NCBI GenBank assembly: GCA_050011875.1 | Contig: JBEKIG010000001.1 | Location: 70,167 to 134,166, forward strand | Direction of reading: 5' to 3' | Length of the DNA: 64,000 nucleotides | Source: Nitrososphaeria archaeon | GTDB lineage: Archaea > Thermoproteota > Nitrososphaeria > JACIWG01 | Shown: positions 10,375-19,571 of the stretch, one piece after another | How the letters are laid out: each line of letters opens with the position of its first letter | Position numbering within the stretch: position 1 is the stretch's first letter | Program-made: the position numbers and the translations under genes | Notes under the pieces: model-generated | Database searches by the model: none | What the model saw: only the letters and a program-made list of their open reading frames with translations | Told to the model about the DNA's origin: nothing

Positions 10375-10884
10375 TTAAACTTTGATAGGAAGCTCTTTGC
10401 AAGAGTCTAAGATTATCTTACTCGCTGTAAGCATCCATAAAACCTCCTCTTTGGAAACAGGTAGATCTGCAATGGATCTTAACCTAATGGAGTTCATATG
10501 CTCTACAGATTCATAAAAGGATAAACGGATACCTTTTGAAATTATCACAAAGGACATGTCCACTATATTAAAATCTTGAGGGAATTGGATATTCAAATAG
10601 TTCAAAATCTTTGCTAGAACATCTTTTACAGATGAATAGCTGTGTGAAATAGAACTCTTGTAGTCCATAATTTCGTATTCACTCTTGGCCTGATTGTAGG
10701 ACATCGTAGCTTCATTTATATCGATCGTAACAAAATATTCCATCCCTGAAGACACAGTTGGTGGGGCTGGAGGAGCAGATTTTGACATCTTCTTAACGGC
10801 TCCATATGTTAAAGCTACAGCCAACATTACGCCAAACGTTACGGTACTCCATTGAAAGATCACCATATAGTCTATCTGAGACAC
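10375..10884 (-). CDS. Hypothetical membrane-anchored protein
   Basis: An N-terminal hydrophobic anchor and Pro-rich linker (SAPPAPPTV) are followed by a ~110-aa domain. I recognise no motifs. Confidence 0.4.
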   Translation of the reverse strand: MSQIDYMVIFQWSTVTFGVMLAVALTYGAVKKMSKSAPPAPPTVSSGMEYFVTIDINEATMSYNQAKSEYEIMDYKSSISHSYSSVKDVLAKILNYLNIQFPQDFNIVDMSFVIISKGIRLSFYESVEHMNSIRLRSIADLPVSKEEVLWMLTASKIILDSCKELPIKV

Positions 10885-11106
10885 TTATCAGTCAACGTAC
10901 AACTTAACATGTTGCTAAAAAACTTTTATACCCTGTATATGTAAAACATAAATGGCGTCGATGAAGAATCAGAGTTATTGAAAACATTAATGATCTTAAG
11001 GCATTTGTCCGAGACGCCGCCTTCAATAGTAACTGTCGAAAAATGATGAGTTACTTTTATTAGCGTATCCAAAGCATGGAAGAAGGCTTTAAACCAAACA
11101 ATATTT

Positions 11107-11982
11107 TTAGATTTTCGCAGATACTATATCCCAGAGCGTTTTGATGTCATTTAAACATTGTTCCAAAGAATCTTGCGGTGTCTCTATTATTATAGGGAGG
11201 TCCCTGATCTCCTTGACTGATAAGAATGATTTGAATCCTTCTAACCCAATTTTACCCGCCCCTATATGCTCATGCCTATCAAGGTGATCATTAAGATCGC
11301 CTTTAGAATCGTTTGAGTGGATCATCTTCAGTCTATCTAATCCTATAACGTCTTCAAAATCTTTAATGAAAGAATCGACCTTTTGTGCAGAACGAATGTC
11401 ATATCCTGCCGCGAAACCGTGGCATGTATCGTAACATATGCCAATTCGCTTTTGATCTTCCACGAGGCTTAGACAGCGTTCCAACTGTTCAAACGTGTAC
11501 CCAACGCTGTTTTTCTGGCCTGCTGTGTTTTCAAGTAATAACATTGAGTTGCCTTCTGATTCTTTAATAGCTCTGTTGCACGCGCTAGTTACACGCTCTA
11601 TTCCCTCCTCTTCTGATGTTCCCATATGGCTGCCTAAATGAGTGACAAGGTAGGGGATTCTGAGACAGTGACATTTTTGAAGCTCTTCAGCTAAGATGCT
11701 AACCGATCTTTCATAGTTGTTTGCATCTGGTGAAGCTATATTTGGAAGATAGGGCATGTGTGCGATGGGAAAAAGTTCCGTCCGCTTAAGTTCTGAGATA
11801 AAATCGTTAAAGTCTTTTTTCTCCAACTTTTTAGCCTTCCATCCTCTTGGGTTCCTTGTAAACATCTGGAAGGCGGTACAGTTGATTGACCTAGCCCTTT
11901 CGAATGCATTGCACAACGCACCTTGAATGGAGACGTGAGCACCTATCAGAGGCATTTTATCAAACGACTGAGATATATTCAA
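11107..11982 (-). CDS. nfo: Endonuclease IV (AP endonuclease, xylose-isomerase-like TIM barrel)
   Basis: The HLGSHMG, LLENTAGQ and CYDTCHGFAAGYD motifs are present. The true start is likely the internal MPLIGAHVS. Confidence 0.85.
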   Translation of the reverse strand: MNISQSFDKMPLIGAHVSIQGALCNAFERARSINCTAFQMFTRNPRGWKAKKLEKKDFNDFISELKRTELFPIAHMPYLPNIASPDANNYERSVSILAEELQKCHCLRIPYLVTHLGSHMGTSEEEGIERVTSACNRAIKESEGNSMLLLENTAGQKNSVGYTFEQLERCLSLVEDQKRIGICYDTCHGFAAGYDIRSAQKVDSFIKDFEDVIGLDRLKMIHSNDSKGDLNDHLDRHEHIGAGKIGLEGFKSFLSVKEIRDLPIIIETPQDSLEQCLNDIKTLWDIVSAKI

Positions 11983-12010
11983 AAATATATAGGTTTCGCA
12001 ATAGAAAAAA

Positions 12011-13258
12011 TTATGGAAAGTTGCCTGAAAGTTTCATCGCTTCAACAACTCTGTTAATGCTCAGGATGAGCGCGGCTGTTCTCATATCGACGTCTTTTGA
12101 TGATGCAATGTTGTGGACATCAAGGAAGGCTTCGTGCATCTTCTTTTCTAGACGTTTGTTAACCTCGTCCTCTGTCCAATAAAAGCGAGAAATGTTTTGC
12201 ACCCATTCAAAGTAGCTCACTAGTACGCCTCCACCGTTTGCCAAGATGTCGGGTACAACGAGAACATCCCTGTCAAATAGGATCCTGTCCGCTTCCGGTG
12301 TAGTCGGACCATTCGCACCTTCCACGATTATCTTTGCCTGAACCTTGCCTGCGTTTCCCTTATGTATTTGACCCTCAAGCGCTGATGGAATTAAGATATC
12401 ACATGAGATTTCTAAGAGTTCTTCATTTGAGATACTTTTAGAGCCCGGATAGCCTACTACTGAACCCGTCTTTTCCTTATACTTTAAAACGTCCGACGGA
12501 TCCAAGCCTTTTTCACAATATATACCACCCCTCGAATCGCTTACAGCTACGATCTTAGAACCGTACTCTTTAGCTATGATCGCAGCATTTGCACCGACGT
12601 TACCAAATCCTTGGACAGCAATTCCTCTTCCAGCCAAACTTTTTCTAGTCATCTTAGCAGCTTCTTTAGCGATGACCACTGCGCCTCGTGAGGTGGAAGT
12701 TGAACGCCCCAACGAACCCCCTAAGGAGATTGGTTTACCTGTTACAACTGCTGGAACTTGATAGCCTACCATATGACTGTAGGTGTCCATTATCCAAGCC
12801 ATAGTCTGAGAGTCCGTGTAGACATCTGGTGCAGGGATATCTACATAAGGACCAATAACAGGAGATATCATCATGGTGTACTTCCTAGTCAGTCTCTCAA
12901 GTTCGTCTTTTGACATTTCTTTAGGGTTGCAGGTTACACCCCCCTTTGCACCACCGTACGGAATGTTCAATACAGAGGTCTTCCACGTCATCCACATGGA
13001 TAGGGCGCGAACTTCGTTAACGTCTACGGCAGGATGATATCTAATACCGCCTTTGAACGGCCCACGCGCGTCGTTATGTTGGATGCGATAGCCTGTAAAA
13101 ACCTTTACCTGCCCATTATCCATTTTGACTGGGAAACTCACTTGTAATTCTCTCTTGGGTTTACTTAGCACATCTATGGTAGCTTGGTCAAGGTCGATGT
13201 ACTTCGCGGCATTCCTCAGCTGTTCTTTTGCAATATCGTACGCGTTCAAAAACTTCAC
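12011..13258 (-). CDS. gdhA: Glutamate dehydrogenase (Glu/Leu/Phe/Val dehydrogenase family)
   Basis: Catalytic lysine motif KGGIRYHP...PYGGAKGGV is present. A C-terminal Rossmann GFGNVG motif is present. Length is 415 aa. Confidence 0.9.
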   Translation of the reverse strand: MKFLNAYDIAKEQLRNAAKYIDLDQATIDVLSKPKRELQVSFPVKMDNGQVKVFTGYRIQHNDARGPFKGGIRYHPAVDVNEVRALSMWMTWKTSVLNIPYGGAKGGVTCNPKEMSKDELERLTRKYTMMISPVIGPYVDIPAPDVYTDSQTMAWIMDTYSHMVGYQVPAVVTGKPISLGGSLGRSTSTSRGAVVIAKEAAKMTRKSLAGRGIAVQGFGNVGANAAIIAKEYGSKIVAVSDSRGGIYCEKGLDPSDVLKYKEKTGSVVGYPGSKSISNEELLEISCDILIPSALEGQIHKGNAGKVQAKIIVEGANGPTTPEADRILFDRDVLVVPDILANGGGVLVSYFEWVQNISRFYWTEDEVNKRLEKKMHEAFLDVHNIASSKDVDMRTAALILSINRVVEAMKLSGNFP

Positions 13259-13324
13259 TACGATGAATTTGAAAATGAGCGGTTATAAGTGTTTCTCGCA
13301 GGAAGTTTTCTCCTTGTTTATACG

Positions 13325-13984
13325 CTATAGTTTACCTATTAGGGGAATGATGTCGGTTAAGCTGGATACAATGTGGTCAGGTCCTTCATTTCTAAGCTTT
13401 TCTATTGATGTGAATCCGCCTAATACGACAATAGTCTTTACCCCAACAATCTTAGATGGCGTAATATCTATGATCCCATCACCTACTGTTACGCATTCCC
13501 AAGGTTTCAGCTTAAAAGAATCTAATAGGTAGCGCACACCAACTGGAGAAGGTTTCATGAATTCTACATCATCACGAGTTAAGATGATGTCGAAAAAGTC
13601 GGTGATCTGAAATCTTTTTAAAACAAAATTCGCAGCCCTTCTACCGCTGTTAGTTAAAAGTGCCAACTTTTTACCGGAATTTCGAAGCTCGCTTAATATG
13701 TCAATGGCATCAAGTCTTAGTTCAGTTTTACGCGCTGCCTCTTCTTCAAAAGAATTAAGAACACTATAAACGCGCTCTCGAACCTTTTCGTAAACAACCT
13801 TCTCAGCGGATTCTCTTACCCTATCTAACATCATATGGTAGCTTCCCGAGCCGTCTAAGCCCCCCAGGTCAGGTAGAACTGATTTGATCACCTTTAGCAC
13901 TTCGATTTTCGAGCCATGGACATCTAAATTAAATTCGACTAGTGTCCCATCTAAATCAAAAAAGACGGCTTTAATCATCATCAC
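13325..13984 (-). CDS. HAD-superfamily hydrolase
   Basis: N-terminal FFDLDGTL motif I and a C-terminal GDGxxD-like VGDGIIDI motif. Length is 219 aa. Confidence 0.75.
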   Translation of the reverse strand: MMMIKAVFFDLDGTLVEFNLDVHGSKIEVLKVIKSVLPDLGGLDGSGSYHMMLDRVRESAEKVVYEKVRERVYSVLNSFEEEAARKTELRLDAIDILSELRNSGKKLALLTNSGRRAANFVLKRFQITDFFDIILTRDDVEFMKPSPVGVRYLLDSFKLKPWECVTVGDGIIDITPSKIVGVKTIVVLGGFTSIEKLRNEGPDHIVSSLTDIIPLIGKL

Positions 13985-14131
13985 ACATCAGAAGGAAAGA
14001 CTTAAGAATTTTTAAAAAAAATAATGGTAGCCTATTTCTATTCTATATCTATTTAAACACAAGGGTGATTAAAACACTTAACTTAAGAAGATTTATATAA
14101 AGAAATTTGGTTAAAGGCATAAGATGAAAAC

Positions 14132-15568
14132 ATGAGCGGAAAGGTGGATAGCTTAAAATACAAACCCGTTACGCCAAACATTTTATCTAAACTGGAGGAA
14201 ATAGTCGGCTCAGAGAATCTCTCTATAAGACCTGAAGAGCTGATCTGTTATGCGCGGGATTCGTCAATATTTGTTTACAAACCTGATGTCGTATTGAGAC
14301 CTAGGACTACAGAGGAGGTGGCCGCTATCTTGATGGTCGCCAATGAAAACCACATACCGGTGACACCTAGAAGTGGTGGGACGAGCGCCGCCGGATCGCC
14401 TCTAGCTGTTGGTAAGGGAATCCTTCTCGACATGTCAGGTATGACCAAGATTATTTCGATCAATATCGATAACCAGATGGTTGTAGTTGAACCCGGAGTC
14501 TTATGTGACAACCTGAACGAAGAACTTGCAAAGTCCGGTTTCTTCTTTCCTCCTGACCCGGCTAGCAGCCAAGCCTGCTCAATAGGAGGAATGGTCAACA
14601 CAAATGCTTCAGGAAATAGGACAATAAAATATGGCCCGACTAGAGACTATGTCCTCTGGCTCGAAGTTGTTCTTCCTAATGGTAAAATAATTGAGACAGG
14701 TTCAAAAACACTCAAATCCGTATCGTCTTATGATTTAACCAGACTATTTGTTGCCTCCGAAGGCTCCTTAGGCGTCGTCACTAAGGTTGCCTTGAAAGTT
14801 GTTCCTCTACCGGAAAGCTACTCTACAGCATTCTTCATTTACGAATCAGTTGACGCCTTAGCGCGCGCAGCCCTGAGAATTAGGAGAGCGGGCATGGTTC
14901 CGGAAATGCTTGAATTTATGAGCAGGGCGACGACAAAAGTCACCTTCAACTACGTAGGCATAAAGAGCGTGCCAGACGGAAACTTTATGCTGCTGGACTT
15001 TGGAGGTGTTCGGGAAGCTGTAGGAGTGCTGTTAGAGAAGGGGGTGACGCTCTGCAGACAAGAGTCTCCTACCTATTTTGAAACAACAGTAGATCCAGTC
15101 TACAGACAGAGTCTTGTGAACGCTAGGAAGGCGGCCTTCCCTGCACTCGCTAGACTTAAGCCCACTACGGTTATGGAGGACTGTACCGTCCCCCCTACGA
15201 GGCTTCCGGAGGTGGCTTCAAGCATCGAAAAGATACCGGAAAAGATAGGTGTCGCTGGATTTGATTTAGGCAATTTCGGTCATATAGGAGACGGTAACAT
15301 GCATCCAACATTTCTATTTGACTCAAGAATAGAGGAGCACCGAAAAGCTTTTCTTCGCGCCTTAGACATACTCTACGAGGAAATAGTTTTACCTGTAGGT
15401 GGAAGTGTAACAGGGGAGCATGGGATAGGCCTTATAAGGGCCAAATATGTTGGCATCGAACATCCATCAACCGTGTCCCTAATGAGAGAATTGAAACGGT
15501 TCTTTGACCCAAATCTTATACTTAATCCGGGAAAGGGGAAGGGAGGCCCCTACCCTATAGATGCATGA
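14132..15568 (+). CDS. FAD-linked oxidase (GlcD / D-lactate dehydrogenase-like)
   Basis: FAD-binding PCMH-type N-terminal domain and 478-aa length. The layout matches glycolate oxidase GlcD / D-LDH proteins. Confidence 0.8.
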   Translation: MSGKVDSLKYKPVTPNILSKLEEIVGSENLSIRPEELICYARDSSIFVYKPDVVLRPRTTEEVAAILMVANENHIPVTPRSGGTSAAGSPLAVGKGILLDMSGMTKIISINIDNQMVVVEPGVLCDNLNEELAKSGFFFPPDPASSQACSIGGMVNTNASGNRTIKYGPTRDYVLWLEVVLPNGKIIETGSKTLKSVSSYDLTRLFVASEGSLGVVTKVALKVVPLPESYSTAFFIYESVDALARAALRIRRAGMVPEMLEFMSRATTKVTFNYVGIKSVPDGNFMLLDFGGVREAVGVLLEKGVTLCRQESPTYFETTVDPVYRQSLVNARKAAFPALARLKPTTVMEDCTVPPTRLPEVASSIEKIPEKIGVAGFDLGNFGHIGDGNMHPTFLFDSRIEEHRKAFLRALDILYEEIVLPVGGSVTGEHGIGLIRAKYVGIEHPSTVSLMRELKRFFDPNLILNPGKGKGGPYPIDA

Positions 15569-15580
15569 GATGATGACTAA

Positions 15581-16741
15581 ATGAACGAAAAACCGTATGT
15601 TCTGGAGGACTATCGCGAAGACGTCCAAATGTGCATGTGCTGCGGCTTGTGCCGGAACCTGTGTTCAACTTCTGACCCGAATGACTGGGAAAGCAACAGT
15701 CCTAGAGGAAGAATCCAGATTATAAAAGCCCTATTAGACGGGGAAATCCAGGCAAATTCATATATCGCCGACCGAATCTATGGCTGTGCGCTTTGTGGAT
15801 ACTGTCTTTGGCGATGCCCTTCAGGTGTGAGAACAGCAGATGCTATAAAGGCGGCCAGGGCGGCTCTTATTGAAAACGGAAGTTACCCGAAAGGTTTGGA
15901 TAAGTTAGAAGCTGACCTAGTTAAAGACCATAACCCCTTTGGCCTATCAGATCTTTCAAGAACGGAATGGGTCAAGCTTATAGGCGCCCGGAATTCGGTC
16001 CCACTGAAAGACCAGGCGGAATATGTCTACTTTCCAGGCTGTAGTACAGCAATGACAAAAGCAGGGATGAAGGTAGCGGCAGCGACAACGTCAATATTGA
16101 ATTCAGCGCATCTTGACTGGACGATCCTTGGAAATGAAGAATGGTGCTGTGGAAGCCCCTTGATTCTTTCTGGTAAAGTTTCTTTTGCCAGAGAATTTGC
16201 AGATCATAATGTGAAAGCAGTTAAAAATGCGAAGGCAACAACGCTGGTTACAAACTGCGCGAAATGCTATCGTACGCTAAGCCAAGAATATCCAAGACTT
16301 TTAGGGGACTTAGGGTTCAAGGTCGTCCACATCTCACAACTCTTGGACAACCTCATCGCTGATGGAAGTCTAAAGCTCAAGGGAAAACTCCAATTAAAGG
16401 TAGCTTACCATGATCCCTGTGAACTGGGAAGATACATGAAAATTTATGACCAACCGAGGCGCGTATTGAAGGCGATAGATGGTATAGAACTAAAAGAATT
16501 TCCAAGAAATAGAAATACATCCGCATGCTGTGGAGGCGGAGGCGTTCTAAGATATACTAACACCGAAATTGCCCTGAAATTGGGGATCAAAAGATTAAGC
16601 GAAATTATGAATTCGGGAGTTGAAGCAATTGTTTCAGCCTGTCCCACATGCGAAATCAACCTCTCCGATGCAGCAGCTAAAGCACGACCTGGACTTAGGG
16701 TACTTGACATAACAGAAGTTGTAGCAGATGTTCTAGATTAA
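15581..16741 (+). CDS. Fe-S oxidoreductase with two CCG domains (GlcF / HdrD-like partner of the FAD oxidase)
   Basis: Two CxxCxxCxxxCP ferredoxin motifs (CCGLCRNLCS, CALCGYCLWRCP). Cys-rich CCG-type repeats (CCGSP, CCGGGG). It lies 12 nt downstream of the GlcD-like gene. Confidence 0.75.
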   Translation: MNEKPYVLEDYREDVQMCMCCGLCRNLCSTSDPNDWESNSPRGRIQIIKALLDGEIQANSYIADRIYGCALCGYCLWRCPSGVRTADAIKAARAALIENGSYPKGLDKLEADLVKDHNPFGLSDLSRTEWVKLIGARNSVPLKDQAEYVYFPGCSTAMTKAGMKVAAATTSILNSAHLDWTILGNEEWCCGSPLILSGKVSFAREFADHNVKAVKNAKATTLVTNCAKCYRTLSQEYPRLLGDLGFKVVHISQLLDNLIADGSLKLKGKLQLKVAYHDPCELGRYMKIYDQPRRVLKAIDGIELKEFPRNRNTSACCGGGGVLRYTNTEIALKLGIKRLSEIMNSGVEAIVSACPTCEINLSDAAAKARPGLRVLDITEVVADVLD

Positions 16742-16877
16742 AGTGAATATGGAACTAACATAACGCAAATCTCTTACACCTTACGTCATTTTACACGCCA
16801 ATTGCCAACACAAAGTCTTTGGTACTTTTGAGTCTAGATGGTCCGTTTAGTGATCAACTTTAAAAAGTAGATGGCCG

Positions 16878-17555
16878 TCAATTCTTTTCTAAGGTATCCC
16901 CATCTTCAACTGATACTTTAAGAAATTCGTCCAGTCTCCCATCTGCTTCGCTGATAAAGGACTTTAGCATGTCGCATGAGACAATAGGAACACCGTTAAA
17001 GTACTTCTGGTTGGAGGGAAATAGTGTTACGATAACCGGAACTAGCACTGTTCCCTTCTTCAAATTTTTATCGCAAGACAGAATAATCTTTGCCCTTGCT
17101 ATTTGCTTAATCACAGCAGAATTCAGATTAGATGCGCTGAGAATTTTGTGCCACTGTTTGCAGTCAATAAGTAGCCCATATGAATTTCTTAATGCAAGAA
17201 TATCGACCTCAATTCTTGGTCTCTTAAGCCTATAGTTCTTAAAAGTCTTATACCCAAACTCGGAAAAAATCATTTCGACGAAGTTCTCAAAATCCTGCCA
17301 TCTAATAATGTTGAATACCTCATTGAAAGACGCGCCTCCCTTTATCGCCTGAATAGCCAAGGAGATAATCGCTCCCTCCTTAGCCACAAAATTCTCCTTA
17401 CGATCTTCTAAGAAGCCTTGTTCAATAAGTATACCCATTACTTCAGACACTGTCTGGTATGGCACACCAGTCTCCTTCGAAATATCGTCTATTGAAAAAG
17501 ATTCTTTTCTCAAATAAGGTAGTATCTTCAGAAGAGTCTTGGAATTCATGCACAA
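16878..17555 (-). CDS. Winged-HTH fused to Mrr_cat-type (PD-(D/E)xK) restriction-endonuclease-like domain
   Basis: N-terminal wHTH (ISKETGVPYQTVSEVMGILIEQGFL). The C-terminus WQDFENFVEMIFSEFGYKT...RIEVDILALRN..GLLIDCKQW matches the Mrr catalytic core pattern (FE..v....GY...D.D...QCK). Confidence 0.6.
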   Translation of the reverse strand: MCMNSKTLLKILPYLRKESFSIDDISKETGVPYQTVSEVMGILIEQGFLEDRKENFVAKEGAIISLAIQAIKGGASFNEVFNIIRWQDFENFVEMIFSEFGYKTFKNYRLKRPRIEVDILALRNSYGLLIDCKQWHKILSASNLNSAVIKQIARAKIILSCDKNLKKGTVLVPVIVTLFPSNQKYFNGVPIVSCDMLKSFISEADGRLDEFLKVSVEDGDTLEKN

Positions 17556-17663
17556 GCAAGTAACTTCCGTTCTGTTTTAATATATTCCTTTAGTTTTTGA
17601 AACTTGCACCCACTTCCTTACTATTATAGTGTTAGCCTTCACATCATCACCATCAAAGAATAT

Positions 17664-18029
17664 TCATAATTCTAAATACTTTGAAAGAAAATAATTAAAA
17701 AAACCGTCCATTTTATGAGGCTTCAGGTTAAATTTTCTCCTCATCATAGAATTGGAGGCATATCTAGCTCCACAGCTTATAGCTATTATTTGATTTTTAG
17801 TTAGCTCGTCAAACAATTTCCTTTTTAGGACTCCCTTTTCCCTGTCAAGTTCAAATCGCTTGTTATTTAGTGTATTTAATTCATCTTCCAGGGATACCTC
17901 ATCATTCCTTTCCTTATCTAAGATGTTTTTGAGATATCCAACTGTTAATTTTTCATATGTAATACCTAGTTTTCGCGATTTTTCTAATATATAAGGAGGA
18001 ATAGCCAAATCTTTAGACTCGCTTTCCAA
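17664..18029 (-). CDS. Hypothetical small protein (121 aa)
   Basis: Compact ORF 5 nt downstream of the 95-aa ORF on the same strand. It is charged and helical, with no recognisable motif. Confidence 0.35.
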   Translation of the reverse strand: MESESKDLAIPPYILEKSRKLGITYEKLTVGYLKNILDKERNDEVSLEDELNTLNNKRFELDREKGVLKRKLFDELTKNQIIAISCGARYASNSMMRRKFNLKPHKMDGFFNYFLSKYLEL

Positions 18030-18034
18030 TTACC

Positions 18035-18322
18035 TTATCTTCCTCCCTGATCAGACTCTATCATCTCTTCTTCAGTAGCCAGTTCATTTAGGATGTCTAT
18101 GACCTTTTGGCGATCTTCAAGCGTCATCGTTATTTTATGCCTGAGCTCATCTATCTCCTTTAATTCAGATGTTATATCCCTTTTATTAAATGAGTTTATT
18201 CGCTTAACTAGGCTCTCTTTAAGCGTCCTTATATCCTCGAGTTGATTAAGTAACTGATTTATTTCATACCATTTACTACCAGAAGTCAAGGCTTCTGATC
18301 GCCCGCGGCATATAGTAAGCAC
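18035..18322 (-). CDS. Hypothetical coiled-coil protein (95 aa)
   Basis: Heptad-like charged sequence. Its 5' end overlaps the OppF-like gene by 37 nt, which suggests co-transcription with the transporter operon. Confidence 0.35.
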   Translation of the reverse strand: MLTICRGRSEALTSGSKWYEINQLLNQLEDIRTLKESLVKRINSFNKRDITSELKEIDELRHKITMTLEDRQKVIDILNELATEEEMIESDQGGR

Positions 18323-19569
18323 GAAACCAGCCTTCCATCATGCTTATACATTTTAGGTACCTGATATTGCTTGATCTTTAGCTCCGCACCGTTTTCGTAT
18401 TTCTCCACCCTGTCGATCGCCATCAAGCTCTTCATTCTTCCCTTTTCAAGATTTATAATCTCTACTAATTTTTTTTCATCCGCTTTACTTACTATCAAGC
18501 TGTTGTTTGTGCTGATGGATACGACGGTCTCATCGCTGAATTTATCTGCGTATTTATCATAAACTAAAAATATCATATCGACCATTATCTCATCAGTTGT
18601 CCATCCGCATATATCAAAGGCCATCGGACACCGAGGATGAAAGACACAACCAGATGGGGGGTCAACTAGGTTAGGTGTATCTCCCTTTAATATTATTCTG
18701 TTTGATTTTATCATCTTGCCAGGAACAGCCGATATTAGCGCTATAGTATATGGATGAACTGGGTTCAATATGATGTCCCTCTTGGGGCCACTTTCTACTA
18801 TCTTTCCCGCATACATGACATTTACCTGATCTGACATATATGATATTACAGCTATATTATGGGTTATAATGAGCATCCCTATGTTGTACTTTTCCCTGAT
18901 CCCGCGCAGAAGGGTTAAAATCTGAGCTTGCACTGATACATCTAGGGCACTGCTGGGCTCATCCAGCACAATGAACTTCGGTAGAGTCGCTATCCCTCTC
19001 GCGATCGCTACCCTCTGCTTTTGACCACCTGAAAGTTCATGAGGATATCTATATGCAAAATCTTTAGGTAATCCCACTTCATCTAGCAACTGCATGCATC
19101 TATCAAACGCTGCGTCGGAATCCATATAGCCGGTGGCTTGAATTGGCTCCTTTATAACATCCAAGACGTTTAATCGTGGATCTAATGATGAATACGGGTC
19201 CTGAAATATGATATTCATATCCTTTCTCATCTCCCTTAGTTTCTTTCCCTTTTTCAGGAAAATTGAATAATCTTTTTCTATTGCTGCAGCTCGATCGAGT
19301 TCTCCATTTTCGATGTAAAAATCGTACTTGGCGAGGACGTCATCGGATATATTAAATAAGACCACACCATCAGTTGGTTCGAGCAATCTGAGGAGCAATC
19401 GTCCCAGCGTACTTTTACCTGAACCGCTTTCGCCCACCACTCCAACGATCTCGCCCTCCTTGACCTGTATATCGACACCATCTACCGCCTTAAGCCTGAG
19501 AGGTTTTCCGAAAACACTATTTCCCTTGATCTCAAAGTGCTTTACCAGCTTCCTAGCGGCTATTATCAT
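18286..19569 (-). CDS. ABC transporter ATP-binding protein (OppF/DppF-like) with C-terminal extension
   Basis: Walker A GESGSGKST, signature LSGGQKQRVAIA, and Walker B LDEPSSALD. Confidence 0.85.
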   Translation of the reverse strand: MIIAARKLVKHFEIKGNSVFGKPLRLKAVDGVDIQVKEGEIVGVVGESGSGKSTLGRLLLRLLEPTDGVVLFNISDDVLAKYDFYIENGELDRAAAIEKDYSIFLKKGKKLREMRKDMNIIFQDPYSSLDPRLNVLDVIKEPIQATGYMDSDAAFDRCMQLLDEVGLPKDFAYRYPHELSGGQKQRVAIARGIATLPKFIVLDEPSSALDVSVQAQILTLLRGIREKYNIGMLIITHNIAVISYMSDQVNVMYAGKIVESGPKRDIILNPVHPYTIALISAVPGKMIKSNRIILKGDTPNLVDPPSGCVFHPRCPMAFDICGWTTDEIMVDMIFLVYDKYADKFSDETVVSISTNNSLIVSKADEKKLVEIINLEKGRMKSLMAIDRVEKYENGAELKIKQYQVPKMYKHDGRLVSCLLYAAGDQKP

Positions 19570-19571
19570 TT

